From: Alphaproteobacteria bacterium
GTDB lineage: Bacteria > Pseudomonadota > Alphaproteobacteria > UBA6615
Assembly (NCBI GenBank): GCA_011087645.1
Contig: JAALLF010000014.1
Coordinates: 22,817 to 86,816, forward strand
Direction of reading: 5' to 3'
DNA length: 64,000 nucleotides
This document shows positions 37,301-46,569 of this stretch, piece after piece; the stretch's first letter is position 1, and each line of letters starts with the position of its first letter. A program made the translations under genes and the position numbers. The notes beneath the pieces were generated by a model. The model made no database searches. It saw only the letters and a list, made by a program, of their open reading frames with translations, and was not told the DNA's origin.

Positions 37301-38118
37301 CCGCTAAGGCCGACGCGCCGACATTCGGTTTCGGCGAGAATTGGAGCCGGTTTCTCAGCCTGGTCGATACCGACCGTATCGAGAAAGCCGAAGAGACCCT
37401 CACCGAAAAGCTCGGCATGTCATCGTTGGAAGGCAAAACCTTCTTAGATGCCGGTTCGGGCAGCGGGCTGTTCTCGCTGGCGGCGCGGCGCTTAGGCGCG
37501 CGCGTCCACTCGTTCGATTACGACCGCCAATCGGTCACCTGCACCGCCGAGCTCAAGTCGCGATATTTCCCGGACGACGCCGATTGGACGGTCGAAGAGG
37601 GTTCGGTACTCGACGAGAATTACCTCGCCGCGCTGGGCCAGTTCGACATCGTCTATTCCTGGGGCGTGCTGCACCATACCGGTAATATGCCGTTGGCCTT
37701 AGACCTCATCGACCGCCGGGTGACGCCGGGCGGCATGCTCTATATCGCCATCTATAACGACCAGGGCGGACCCAGCCGGCGCTGGACCACGGTCAAACGG
37801 CTCTATAACCGAACGCCGCAGATGTTGCGCTTCCTCATTTTGGTACCGGCGCTGCTGCGCACCTGGGGCATCACCTTCGTGCGCGACACGTTGCGCGGCA
37901 AGCCGTTTCAATCCTGGCGCAACTATGGCGGCACCCGCGGCATGTCACCCTGGTACGATCTCATCGATTGGGTCGGCGGTTACCCATTTGAAGTCGCGCG
38001 GCCAGAAGAGATTTTCGATTACTACCGCGCCCGGGGCTTTGAACTCTGCGCGCTGACGACATGCGCCGGCGGCATCGGCTGTAACGAATTCGTCTTCAGG
38101 CAAACCGGCGCTTCGTGA
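37297..38118 (+). CDS. Class I SAM O-methyltransferase (UbiG-like, glycan-locus type)
   Basis: FGFGENW, FLDAGSGSGLFSLAA, VYSWGVLHHTG, IAIYNDQG, DWVGGYPFE. Confidence 0.85.
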   Translation: MTAKADAPTFGFGENWSRFLSLVDTDRIEKAEETLTEKLGMSSLEGKTFLDAGSGSGLFSLAARRLGARVHSFDYDRQSVTCTAELKSRYFPDDADWTVEEGSVLDENYLAALGQFDIVYSWGVLHHTGNMPLALDLIDRRVTPGGMLYIAIYNDQGGPSRRWTTVKRLYNRTPQMLRFLILVPALLRTWGITFVRDTLRGKPFQSWRNYGGTRGMSPWYDLIDWVGGYPFEVARPEEIFDYYRARGFELCALTTCAGGIGCNEFVFRQTGAS

Positions 38119-39305
38119 CCCGTTCCATTTTATTCGTTATCGGCGATTTGGACGTCGGCGGAGCCGAACGCCATTTGTTGCAAATATTGCCGCCGCTGGC
38201 GCGCGGCAATCTGAGTCCGGCGGTCTATACGCTCACCCATAAAGGCGAACTCGCGCCGCTTCTCGAACAACAGGGAATAAGGGTCATCGCGCCCCCGCTG
38301 TCGCTGTTGACACGGCGCTTGCCACGCAATGTGCGGCGGTTGGTCAGCCTGCCGCTCAGTTTCGCCGGCCTGCTATTTGCGCTTCTGCGAAACCGCCCGC
38401 GGATCGTCCACTTCTTTCTTCCCGCGGCTTATTTGCTGGGTGGCCTGACCAGCCTGCTGGTTCCCCTCGACGGCCGGGTCATGAGCCGCCGCAGCTTGCG
38501 CGACTATCAATCGGGCCACCAATTTTTGGCCAAGATCGAGCGCTGGCTACATCGGCGCATGACCGCCTGCCTGGGCAATTCAAAAGCCGTCGTAGAACAG
38601 CTGGCCGAGGAGGGCATACCGGGTGACAGGTTGGGTCTCATCTATAATGGTATCGACATCAATCTGTATTGCTCCCTCCCGGACCGGGCGGACCTGCGGC
38701 AATCACTGGGCCTCGAGAAAGAGGCGCTGATCATGGTCATGGTCGCCAACTTCATCCCCTATAAGGGCCATGAGGATCTCTTGCAGGCGCTATCGAGTAT
38801 CCGGCTAGAGCTACCGCCCTCCTGGGTAGTCCTTCTGGTCGGCGGCGGCACCCATGAGGGCATCATTCGCAACCACGCCAACGCCCAGGGTCTCGCTCAA
38901 CATGTCCGCCACCTGGGGGCGCGAAGCGATATACCGCAGATTCTCGCCGCCGCCGATATGGGCATCCTGTGTTCCCATCAAGAGGGGTTTTCCAATAGCG
39001 TGTTGGAGGGCATGGCCGCTGGCCTGCCCATGGTGGTCACCGATGTCGGTGGCAATCCGGAGGCCGTGATCGACGGCGAAAACGGCCTGGTCGTGCCACC
39101 AAAGGCGCCCGGCGCCCTGGCCGCCGCCCTGCTGAGTTTAGCGCGCGACGGTGACCGGCGCCGGCAAATGGGCGTCGCCGGCCAACGGCGCGTCGAGGCC
39201 CAATTCTCGAATAATATATGCGTCGCCAAATATGCCGCGCTGTATGACGGCTTGCTGGGAAAACGCGCGTCGTCAGTCCCCGACTTGATCGAGCCGGGCG
39301 CCTAG
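38115..39305 (+). CDS. Glycosyltransferase family 4
   Basis: GGAER, IYNGID, YKGH, EGFSNSVLEGMA, DVGGNPE. Confidence 0.92.
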   Translation: MTRSILFVIGDLDVGGAERHLLQILPPLARGNLSPAVYTLTHKGELAPLLEQQGIRVIAPPLSLLTRRLPRNVRRLVSLPLSFAGLLFALLRNRPRIVHFFLPAAYLLGGLTSLLVPLDGRVMSRRSLRDYQSGHQFLAKIERWLHRRMTACLGNSKAVVEQLAEEGIPGDRLGLIYNGIDINLYCSLPDRADLRQSLGLEKEALIMVMVANFIPYKGHEDLLQALSSIRLELPPSWVVLLVGGGTHEGIIRNHANAQGLAQHVRHLGARSDIPQILAAADMGILCSHQEGFSNSVLEGMAAGLPMVVTDVGGNPEAVIDGENGLVVPPKAPGALAAALLSLARDGDRRRQMGVAGQRRVEAQFSNNICVAKYAALYDGLLGKRASSVPDLIEPGA

Positions 39306-39317
39306 CGGACTGACATC

Positions 39318-41252
39318 ATGTGTGGGTTCGCTGGATTTCTAGACTTTAGTGCCTCAACATCAGAGGCCAACTTACGCGTTACGGCATCTCGGATGGCGCA
39401 CACGCTCCGCCATCGCGGCCCCGACGCCGAGGGTTGTTGGGTCGATGCCGAGGCCGGCGTGGCGCTGGCCCATCAACGATTATCGATCATCGATCTGTCG
39501 CCAAACGGCGCCCAACCGATGACCTCGGCGTCCGGCCGATCGATCATCGCCTATAATGGCGAAGTCTATAATTTCGCCGAAATCCGCGACGCGCTGATCG
39601 CCGAAGGCCGCGGCCCCTTCCGCGGCGGCTCCGATACCGAAGTCGTGCTCGAGGCCTGCGAAGCCTGGGGCGTCGAGCGGGCGGTGAAACGGTTCATCGG
39701 CATGTTCGCCTTCGCACTTTGGGACCGCCGGGCAAGTGAACTGACGTTGGTGCGCGACCGGCTGGGCATCAAGCCGCTCTATTGGGCGCAATTCGGCGAT
39801 CTATTTTTATTCGGCTCGGAGTTAAAGGCGCTGTGCGCTCAGGGCGGGTGGTCGGCGCAGGTCGACCAAAACGCTGTCGCCGCGTTCATGCGCCACAACT
39901 ATATCCCCGCGCCCCACACGATCTATCGCGGGGTCTCGAAATTGCCGCCAGGCGCCATGCTTCGCATGGGCCGGCAACACCAAGCGGAGATCAGCGCCTA
40001 TTGGAGCCTCGACGATATTGTCGAAGAGGGGGCAAACGATCCGCTACCCGGGGATGACACGGCGGCAACCGACGCGCTCGAAGCGCTACTATCGGATGCG
40101 GTGCGCCAGCGCATGATCGCCGATGTGCCGCTCGGCGCCTTCCTGTCGGGGGGGATCGATTCCTCCACCGTCGTCGCCCTGATGCAGGCCAATAGCGACC
40201 GCCCGGTGAAGACCTTCTCGATCGGCTTTGCCGAATCAGGGTTCGATGAGGCGCAATACGCCAAACAGGTCGCCCGACATCTCGGGACCGATCATACCGA
40301 GCTCTATGTTGAGCCGGCCCAGGCCATGGCGATGATCGAGCGGCTGCCGGAAATGTTCGACGAGCCCTTCGCTGATTCATCGCAGATCCCGACCTTTCTG
40401 GTCTCCGAATTAACCCGGCCCCATGTCACCGTCTCTTTGTCAGGCGACGGCGGCGACGAGCTGTTTGCCGGCTATAACCGCTATTTTCAGAGCGCCGGCA
40501 CGGTCGGCCGCCTGATGAATGCCCCCCGCCCCCTGCGGGCTAGCCTAGCCGGCGCCGTCAATAGCCTGTCACCAGGCGTCTGGGACCGGCTCTTTAATCT
40601 GATGCCGAAACGCTGGCGACCGGCGCAACCGGGCGACAAGCTGTACAAGCTGGCCGACGTGCTGCGCGGTGACAGCGGCGCCTTCTATCGCCGGCTGGTG
40701 AGCCATTGGGACGACCCGTCCGGTGTGGTGCCGGGGGGCCGCGAGCCACGCGGAATCCTATGGGACCCGGCCCTGGCCGATCGCCTGCCCGACGATATCG
40801 CGTGGATGCAGTATCTCGACACGCTGACCTATTTGCCCGACGACATTCTAACGAAGGTCGACCGGTCGAGCATGGCGGTGTCGCTCGAGGCCCGTGTCCC
40901 CCTGCTCGACCACCGCGTCGTTGCCTTCGCGTGGCGGCTGTCGGCGCAACAAAAAATTCGCGCCGGGAAGGGTAAATGGCTGTTGCGCCAAGTCTTGCAG
41001 CGCCACGTCCCGCGCGATCTGGTCGAACGGCCCAAGATGGGTTTCGGCATTCCGCTGGACAAGTGGCTGCGCGGCCCCTTGCGCGACTGGGCCGAGGATC
41101 TGTTATCGGAACACAGTCTGGCGCAAACCGGCATTCTGGCGCCGGCGCCGATCCGCGCGAAATGGCGCGAGCATCTCAGCACCCAGCGCAATTGGCAGTA
41201 CCATCTGTGGGACGTGCTGATGTTCCAGGCCTGGGCGAGACGCTGGCTGTAA
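39318..41252 (+). CDS. asnB: Asparagine synthase (glutamine-hydrolyzing)-like amidotransferase
   Basis: MCG N-terminus, HRGPD, RLSIID, YNGEVYN, RDRLGIKPLY, LSGGIDSS, SGDGGDE. Confidence 0.93.
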   Translation: MCGFAGFLDFSASTSEANLRVTASRMAHTLRHRGPDAEGCWVDAEAGVALAHQRLSIIDLSPNGAQPMTSASGRSIIAYNGEVYNFAEIRDALIAEGRGPFRGGSDTEVVLEACEAWGVERAVKRFIGMFAFALWDRRASELTLVRDRLGIKPLYWAQFGDLFLFGSELKALCAQGGWSAQVDQNAVAAFMRHNYIPAPHTIYRGVSKLPPGAMLRMGRQHQAEISAYWSLDDIVEEGANDPLPGDDTAATDALEALLSDAVRQRMIADVPLGAFLSGGIDSSTVVALMQANSDRPVKTFSIGFAESGFDEAQYAKQVARHLGTDHTELYVEPAQAMAMIERLPEMFDEPFADSSQIPTFLVSELTRPHVTVSLSGDGGDELFAGYNRYFQSAGTVGRLMNAPRPLRASLAGAVNSLSPGVWDRLFNLMPKRWRPAQPGDKLYKLADVLRGDSGAFYRRLVSHWDDPSGVVPGGREPRGILWDPALADRLPDDIAWMQYLDTLTYLPDDILTKVDRSSMAVSLEARVPLLDHRVVAFAWRLSAQQKIRAGKGKWLLRQVLQRHVPRDLVERPKMGFGIPLDKWLRGPLRDWAEDLLSEHSLAQTGILAPAPIRAKWREHLSTQRNWQYHLWDVLMFQAWARRWL

Positions 41253-41256
41253 CACC

Positions 41257-42411
41257 ATGAAAATCTGCCAGCTCTGCACCGTCGATTTCACGCTCTACCA
41301 TTTTCTGCTGCCGCTGATGGTCGAGATGCGCGCGGCTGGCCATGACGTTGTCGGTGTGTGTGCCGACGGTAAATTGGCAGGCCAGGTTCGCGAGGCCGGC
41401 TTTCGGGTCGAACCCGCCCCCCTCGCCCGTTCGTTCAGCCCGTTTCGGGCGATCAAATCTTTCGTTGGTCTGTATAAGCTACTGCGCCAAGAGCGTTTCG
41501 ATCTGGTCCATGTGCACACCCCGGCCGCCGCCTTCGTGGGCCGGCTGGCGGCACGGCTCGCCGGCGTGCCGCGCATCGTCTACACGGCGCACGGCTTTTA
41601 TTTCCACGAAAATATGGCATGGCCCAAGCGCGCTTTGGTCATCGCCATGGAGTGGTTGGCCGGCCGTTTCACCCACACTTTGTTCACCCAATCCGCCGAA
41701 GACGCGGCCACCGCGCGGCGGCTCGGCTTATGCCGTACCGGCGATATAGTGGCGATCGGCAATGGCAGCGACCCGGCCCGGTTTCACCCCAACAACGACG
41801 CGGAGGCCCGCCAGAAATTACGCGCAGCCAATGGTGCGACCGACACAAGGCCGGTCATCGTGATGATCGGCCGGTTGGTCGCCGAGAAAGGCTATCCGGA
41901 ACTGGTCGAGGCCATGCGCCCGCTCGACGCCGACCTTTGGATTGTCGGCGACCGTTTGGCGAGCGACCATGCGCGCTCCATCGACGACACGTTGAATGCC
42001 ATCGAGACGGATCCCGCGCTCAGCCAAAAAATAAAACTCTTGGGCTACCGCGGCGATGTGCCCGAGCTGTTGCGCGCCGGCGATATATTCGTTCTACCAT
42101 CCCATCGCGAAGGCATGCCGCGCTCGATCATCGAAGCCATGTTAACCGGCCTGCCGGTCGTCGCTACAACCATTCGTGGCGGCCGCGAGCTGGTGGTGGA
42201 AGGGGAAACCGGCCTTCTTGTGCCGGTCGATGCTGCTAATGAATTAGCGGACACTTTGCGCAGCCTCATCACAGACAGCGCGCTACGAAGCCAGATGGGC
42301 GCCGCCGGCCTCGCCCGCGCCCGCGAACTCTACGACGAGGCCAAAATTATTGCCCGCCAACTGGACCATCTCGGCCTTTCCGCGACCGGGCAAGTAAACT
42401 GTGAGAAATGA
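41257..42411 (+). CDS. Glycosyltransferase family 4
   Basis: HVHTP, YTAHGFYF, GRLVAEKG, PSHREGMPRSIIEAM. Confidence 0.92.
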   Translation: MKICQLCTVDFTLYHFLLPLMVEMRAAGHDVVGVCADGKLAGQVREAGFRVEPAPLARSFSPFRAIKSFVGLYKLLRQERFDLVHVHTPAAAFVGRLAARLAGVPRIVYTAHGFYFHENMAWPKRALVIAMEWLAGRFTHTLFTQSAEDAATARRLGLCRTGDIVAIGNGSDPARFHPNNDAEARQKLRAANGATDTRPVIVMIGRLVAEKGYPELVEAMRPLDADLWIVGDRLASDHARSIDDTLNAIETDPALSQKIKLLGYRGDVPELLRAGDIFVLPSHREGMPRSIIEAMLTGLPVVATTIRGGRELVVEGETGLLVPVDAANELADTLRSLITDSALRSQMGAAGLARARELYDEAKIIARQLDHLGLSATGQVNCEK

Positions 42412-43199
42412 ATAGCGAAGCTATAAACACGACCGAGTTAGAGGCTGACCAGAAGATTGTCGCGCTCAACGCGCACATTCTGGCTAGCTACGGTATCGAG
42501 ATCGACAAATCTGCTCAAATCCTGGATTTCGGGTGTGGCAGTGGGCGCCATACGTACGAATATCTGGATGCGGGCTACCAAAACATCGCCGGGTTCGATG
42601 CAAGGGATTACGTGCAGTTACGCGATCCATCGGACCGGCCGCGGTTTCGGTTTCTGGACTTGGAGAAAAGCTACGCCATTCCCTTCGACGACAATCAATT
42701 CGACCTCGTGGTCTCGACCTCGGTCTTCGAACACGTCATCAACCAGGAAAAGACCATTTCAGAGATCGCCCGAATTCTAAAACCGGGCGGGATGACCCTG
42801 CATGTGTTCCCATCGCGCTGGCGGCCCATCGAGCCCCACATATTCGTCCCCTTCAGCGGCGCCATACAGACCAGATGGTGGCTGCGGCTGTGGGCCGGCC
42901 TGGGTGTGCGCAACAAGTTCCAGCGCGATTGCACGTCCAGCGAAACGGTGACGCGTAACGTCGAATACTGTGCAACCGGTATTGCCTATCCGCGATTTCA
43001 TGAAATCGATCAAATGTGGAAACGCCGATTTGAACGGGTGGCCTACGCCGAGCGCGCCTTCATCGACGCGACACGAAACGTATCGAGAGTATCGCAATTG
43101 GTGTCCCCCATCGTCTCGACGATCCCCGGAAGCCTTAATCTCTACCGGTTTGCGCATACCCGCGCCGTCCTGGCGCAACAACCCCGCACAGCCCTGTAG
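42408..43199 (+). CDS. Class I SAM methyltransferase
   Basis: ILDFGCGSG, IPFDDNQFD, SVFEHV, RILKPGG. Confidence 0.88.
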   Translation: MNSEAINTTELEADQKIVALNAHILASYGIEIDKSAQILDFGCGSGRHTYEYLDAGYQNIAGFDARDYVQLRDPSDRPRFRFLDLEKSYAIPFDDNQFDLVVSTSVFEHVINQEKTISEIARILKPGGMTLHVFPSRWRPIEPHIFVPFSGAIQTRWWLRLWAGLGVRNKFQRDCTSSETVTRNVEYCATGIAYPRFHEIDQMWKRRFERVAYAERAFIDATRNVSRVSQLVSPIVSTIPGSLNLYRFAHTRAVLAQQPRTAL

Positions 43200-43316
43200 A
43201 ACACCTCATATATTGCTGACGCAATAACCCAACGCAACGACCGGCACACTTTGCCACGACTGTTTTCAGCCCCGCCCTTGCGGGGCTTTCTGTTTTTAGG
43301 GCAGAAAGCTCGCGAC

Positions 43317-44540
43317 ATGCGTGCAGACTCACCGGCCCCTGACTTTGGCAACGTCTTTGCCGCAACGGCATTGGCCATTTTGCCGCTCGCAACCGTTGCG
43401 CCTTTGGCAATCGCCTGGGCCGCCCTGCTACCGGCGGTGTGGATCGCCATCATTTATGTGCGCTGCCGCCGTACACCCTGGGAAGGCCGATCCTGGTTGA
43501 TCCCAGCGGCTTTCACCGGCCTCATTGCCTACGGTGCCGTCACCGGTATCTGGTCCCTATCGCCTGACCGCACACTGCACATCGCGGTCAAGCTTATCCC
43601 GATTATCGTCGGCGGTTGGCTTCTAGTCGGCGCCGCAGCGCAGTTGGATGCGCGCGGACGCCAGCGCACATCGAGCGCTTTGCTGATCGGCAGCGGGATC
43701 GCCCTCGCACTAATCGCCATCGAAGTTGCCACCGACGGTCTAATCCAGGGCTTGCTGCGGGGCGAGGGCTTCAAGGGTATGGGAAGCCTGTATCATTTGA
43801 ACCGCACCGCGAGCCAGTTGGCGATTCTGGTCTGGCCCCTATGGCTCGTGCTGGATCGACGGTTCGGCGCCGTTACCGCCGGGCTCGGGATCGTCTTGGC
43901 CGCTATCGCGCTGTTCAGCCTCGACCCCGACACACCCTTGCTCGCCGTTTTTGCCGGCGGGCTGTTTTTCACGCTGGCCTATTTCGCCCCCGGATTCGCG
44001 CGGGCCCTGATGATCGCCGGCATCTTCATCATCGCCGTCGCGATACCGATATATCCGGTGGCGCTCCCGGTCATCGACAGCACTCTATTGTCGTGGAATA
44101 TCAGCGACTTCTCGCTGCGCCACCGTTTCGCCATATGGGATTTTGCCGCGACCCGAACGATGGAACAGCCGATTTTCGGCTGGGGCCTGGGGGCGTCACG
44201 GCTTCTGCCCGGCGCCGACGGCATCGCCGCCCAACTTGGTCCGCGGGCGGAAACATTGCCGCTTCATCCCCATAATGCGCTGCTTCAGATGTGGCTCGAG
44301 CTGGGCATCCCCGGCATTGTGCTTGCTCTCGTGGCAGTAGTAACCGTTCTGGCCAGGATCACCCGTTACATTAAGGGTCGCAAGGAACTCGCGACCGCCC
44401 TTACGGTTATTTTCTCCGCAACCCTGATCGCCGAATTGAGTTTTGGGGTCTGGCAATCTTGGTGGTTGGTGTTCTTGTGGGTGCTCGCCGCGTTGACGAT
44501 TGCGATCGCCGGAGGGGGATCACAATCGGAGCCAGCGTGA
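43317..44540 (+). CDS. O-antigen ligase / O-oligosaccharyltransferase (Wzy_C domain)
   Basis: Multi-TM protein; HRFAIW, PIFGWGLG, HPHN.LLQMWLELG. Confidence 0.85.
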   Translation: MRADSPAPDFGNVFAATALAILPLATVAPLAIAWAALLPAVWIAIIYVRCRRTPWEGRSWLIPAAFTGLIAYGAVTGIWSLSPDRTLHIAVKLIPIIVGGWLLVGAAAQLDARGRQRTSSALLIGSGIALALIAIEVATDGLIQGLLRGEGFKGMGSLYHLNRTASQLAILVWPLWLVLDRRFGAVTAGLGIVLAAIALFSLDPDTPLLAVFAGGLFFTLAYFAPGFARALMIAGIFIIAVAIPIYPVALPVIDSTLLSWNISDFSLRHRFAIWDFAATRTMEQPIFGWGLGASRLLPGADGIAAQLGPRAETLPLHPHNALLQMWLELGIPGIVLALVAVVTVLARITRYIKGRKELATALTVIFSATLIAELSFGVWQSWWLVFLWVLAALTIAIAGGGSQSEPA

Positions 44541-44590
44541 TACCCTGACCTCGAACCCGTTCCAATCGCCCCAGCACCCCGAAAGCCGCA

Positions 44591-45631
44591 ATGGCCGGTC
44601 TCTACATTCTCCTCGTTTCCCTTATTACCGGTGTTCTGAGCTGGGTGCTTATCGGACGCACCAGAACCGCCCTGCTGCGTCACCAGCTCCTCGATCACCC
44701 CAATGAGCGTAGCTCGCACACGCAAGCGACGCCGCGCGGCGGCGGCCTAGGCGTCCTCGCCGTTCTGCTGCCGGCTTGGCTGGCGCTGACATTTATTGTC
44801 ACCCCCCAAAGCGAGGCCGGCGAATTCGCCCGGTGGCTCATTCCCGCAAGCGCTCTGGGACTAGCTGCGGTGTCATTCCTCGACGATCTGCGCGGCCTGT
44901 CGCAACTTATCCGGATTATCGTCCAAACTGTCGCGGTGATTGTCGCCGTCCAATTTCTACCGGGGTTGGTCTTTCAAGGCCTGTTTGGCTCTATCTTAGA
45001 CACGCTTCTCGCGGCTCTTTTCTGGCTGTGGTTCATTAATTTGTTTAATTTCATGGACGGCATCGACGGTATTACCGGGGTCGAATCCATCGCCATCGGC
45101 GTGGGGATCTATGCTATCGGCCTCGCGCTCGCGCCGGTCACAGCAACCCACGGCCAAGGATTGGCGATTGCCGCCGCCATGGCCGGTTTCCTGATTTGGA
45201 ACTGGTACCCGGCACGGGTTTTCCTGGGCGATGTCGGCAGCATTCCCTTGGGCTTCCTGCTCGGCTGGCTGCTGCTCGATTTGGCCGCGAGCGGGCTGTG
45301 GCACGCCGCGCTTATTCTGCCCCTTTATTATCTGGCCGACGCCTCTCTGACCCTGACGCGCCGTCTGTTGCGCGGCGCCGCTGTCTGGCGGGCCCATCGT
45401 GAGCATTGCTATCAAGTCGCCGTCCAACGCGGCCGCAGTCATGCGCGGGTTGCCGGCGCCGTCACAATCGCAAACATCGTGTTAGTTGGTTTGGCGTTCA
45501 TCGCCGCGATGTCGGACGGCTCCCCCATCCTTCCCTGGCTTATGCTGGCGGCCGCGGCCGTCGTCGTGGCGTCATTGATGATATGGATGGTCATCGGCGG
45601 AGAAACGTCGGCCAATGGAACCCCGCAATGA
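44591..45631 (+). CDS. MraY/WecA-family initiating sugar-1-P transferase (WbpL-like)
   Basis: DHPNERSSH..TPRGGG, FLDD, NLFNFMDGIDG, VFLGDVGS, AHREH. Confidence 0.9.
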   Translation: MAGLYILLVSLITGVLSWVLIGRTRTALLRHQLLDHPNERSSHTQATPRGGGLGVLAVLLPAWLALTFIVTPQSEAGEFARWLIPASALGLAAVSFLDDLRGLSQLIRIIVQTVAVIVAVQFLPGLVFQGLFGSILDTLLAALFWLWFINLFNFMDGIDGITGVESIAIGVGIYAIGLALAPVTATHGQGLAIAAAMAGFLIWNWYPARVFLGDVGSIPLGFLLGWLLLDLAASGLWHAALILPLYYLADASLTLTRRLLRGAAVWRAHREHCYQVAVQRGRSHARVAGAVTIANIVLVGLAFIAAMSDGSPILPWLMLAAAAVVVASLMIWMVIGGETSANGTPQ

Positions 45632-46527
45632 GAATTGTCGTGATCGGCGCAGCGAGCGGCCTCGGGCGGCGCGTCGTTGCGCAATTATGCGACCGTGGAT
45701 ATGAGGTGGTCGCGACGGGCCGATCGCGCCAACGTCTGCAATTGATCGACCGGCGCGCCGAGACCGCTGTCGCCGATATTACCAACGCCGCGTCCCTAGC
45801 GCCCCTTTTGGCCAGCGCGGACCGGATCATCAACATTGCCCACGCATCCACCATCGAGCCCCTCATCACGCTGGTGCCCGGCACCTGTGAAAGGCTCATC
45901 GTCACCGGCTCGACACGGCGCGACAGCAACGTGCCAGACCCGGGCGCCGATAAAGTGCGGCGCGGCGAAGCGGTGTTTGAGCGCTCGGAATTACCCGGCA
46001 GCATTCTACACCCGACGATGATTTACGGCGGCGACAGCGAGCGTAATGTAACCCGAATCCTTACCCTTGTTGGGCGCTGGCCCCGCTGGCTGCCGCTACT
46101 CTGGCCGGTGCCGGACGGCGGCAAGACGCTGGTGCAGCCGGTCTATGTCGACGACGTCGCGGCGGCGCTCGTCGCCGCGGCGACGGCCGAGCTATCACCC
46201 GCGCGCACCATCGTCGTGGCGGGTCCGCAACCGATAACCCTGGCCGAAATGCTGCGCGCCTGCGCATCGGCATGTGGCCGGCGCCTACATATCGTGCCGG
46301 TGCCATCGGCGATGCTCATTGGCGCCGCTCGGTTGCTCTCCGCCTGCGCCATAAAGGCGCCATTCTCGGTCGCTGAACTTCAACGTTCGCGTGAAGATAA
46401 ATCATACGATATAGATGCGCTGAGAACTGAGCTCGACGTTAATCCCCGTTCGTTTTTTGAAGGAATCCGCCTTCTCGCCGACGAAGAGACCGAATTAGCC
46501 TGCACAGACCAGCCGCCGAAAGGCTAA
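45628..46527 (+). CDS. NAD-dependent epimerase/reductase (SDR; positional WbpK/WbpV analogue)
   Basis: IVVIGAASGLG, PTMIYG, QPVYVDDVA; ATG overlaps the previous stop. Confidence 0.75.
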   Translation: MRIVVIGAASGLGRRVVAQLCDRGYEVVATGRSRQRLQLIDRRAETAVADITNAASLAPLLASADRIINIAHASTIEPLITLVPGTCERLIVTGSTRRDSNVPDPGADKVRRGEAVFERSELPGSILHPTMIYGGDSERNVTRILTLVGRWPRWLPLLWPVPDGGKTLVQPVYVDDVAAALVAAATAELSPARTIVVAGPQPITLAEMLRACASACGRRLHIVPVPSAMLIGAARLLSACAIKAPFSVAELQRSREDKSYDIDALRTELDVNPRSFFEGIRLLADEETELACTDQPPKG

Positions 46528-46569
46528 AATCATAACCGTTGCACCAGGGCGCAGACACAGACACCGACA

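Noticed and set aside
39318-41252. AsnB as a lasso-peptide cyclase or housekeeping asparagine synthase
   Set aside because: Intact glutaminase Cys domain, no precursor or B protein, and embedded among glycosyltransferases
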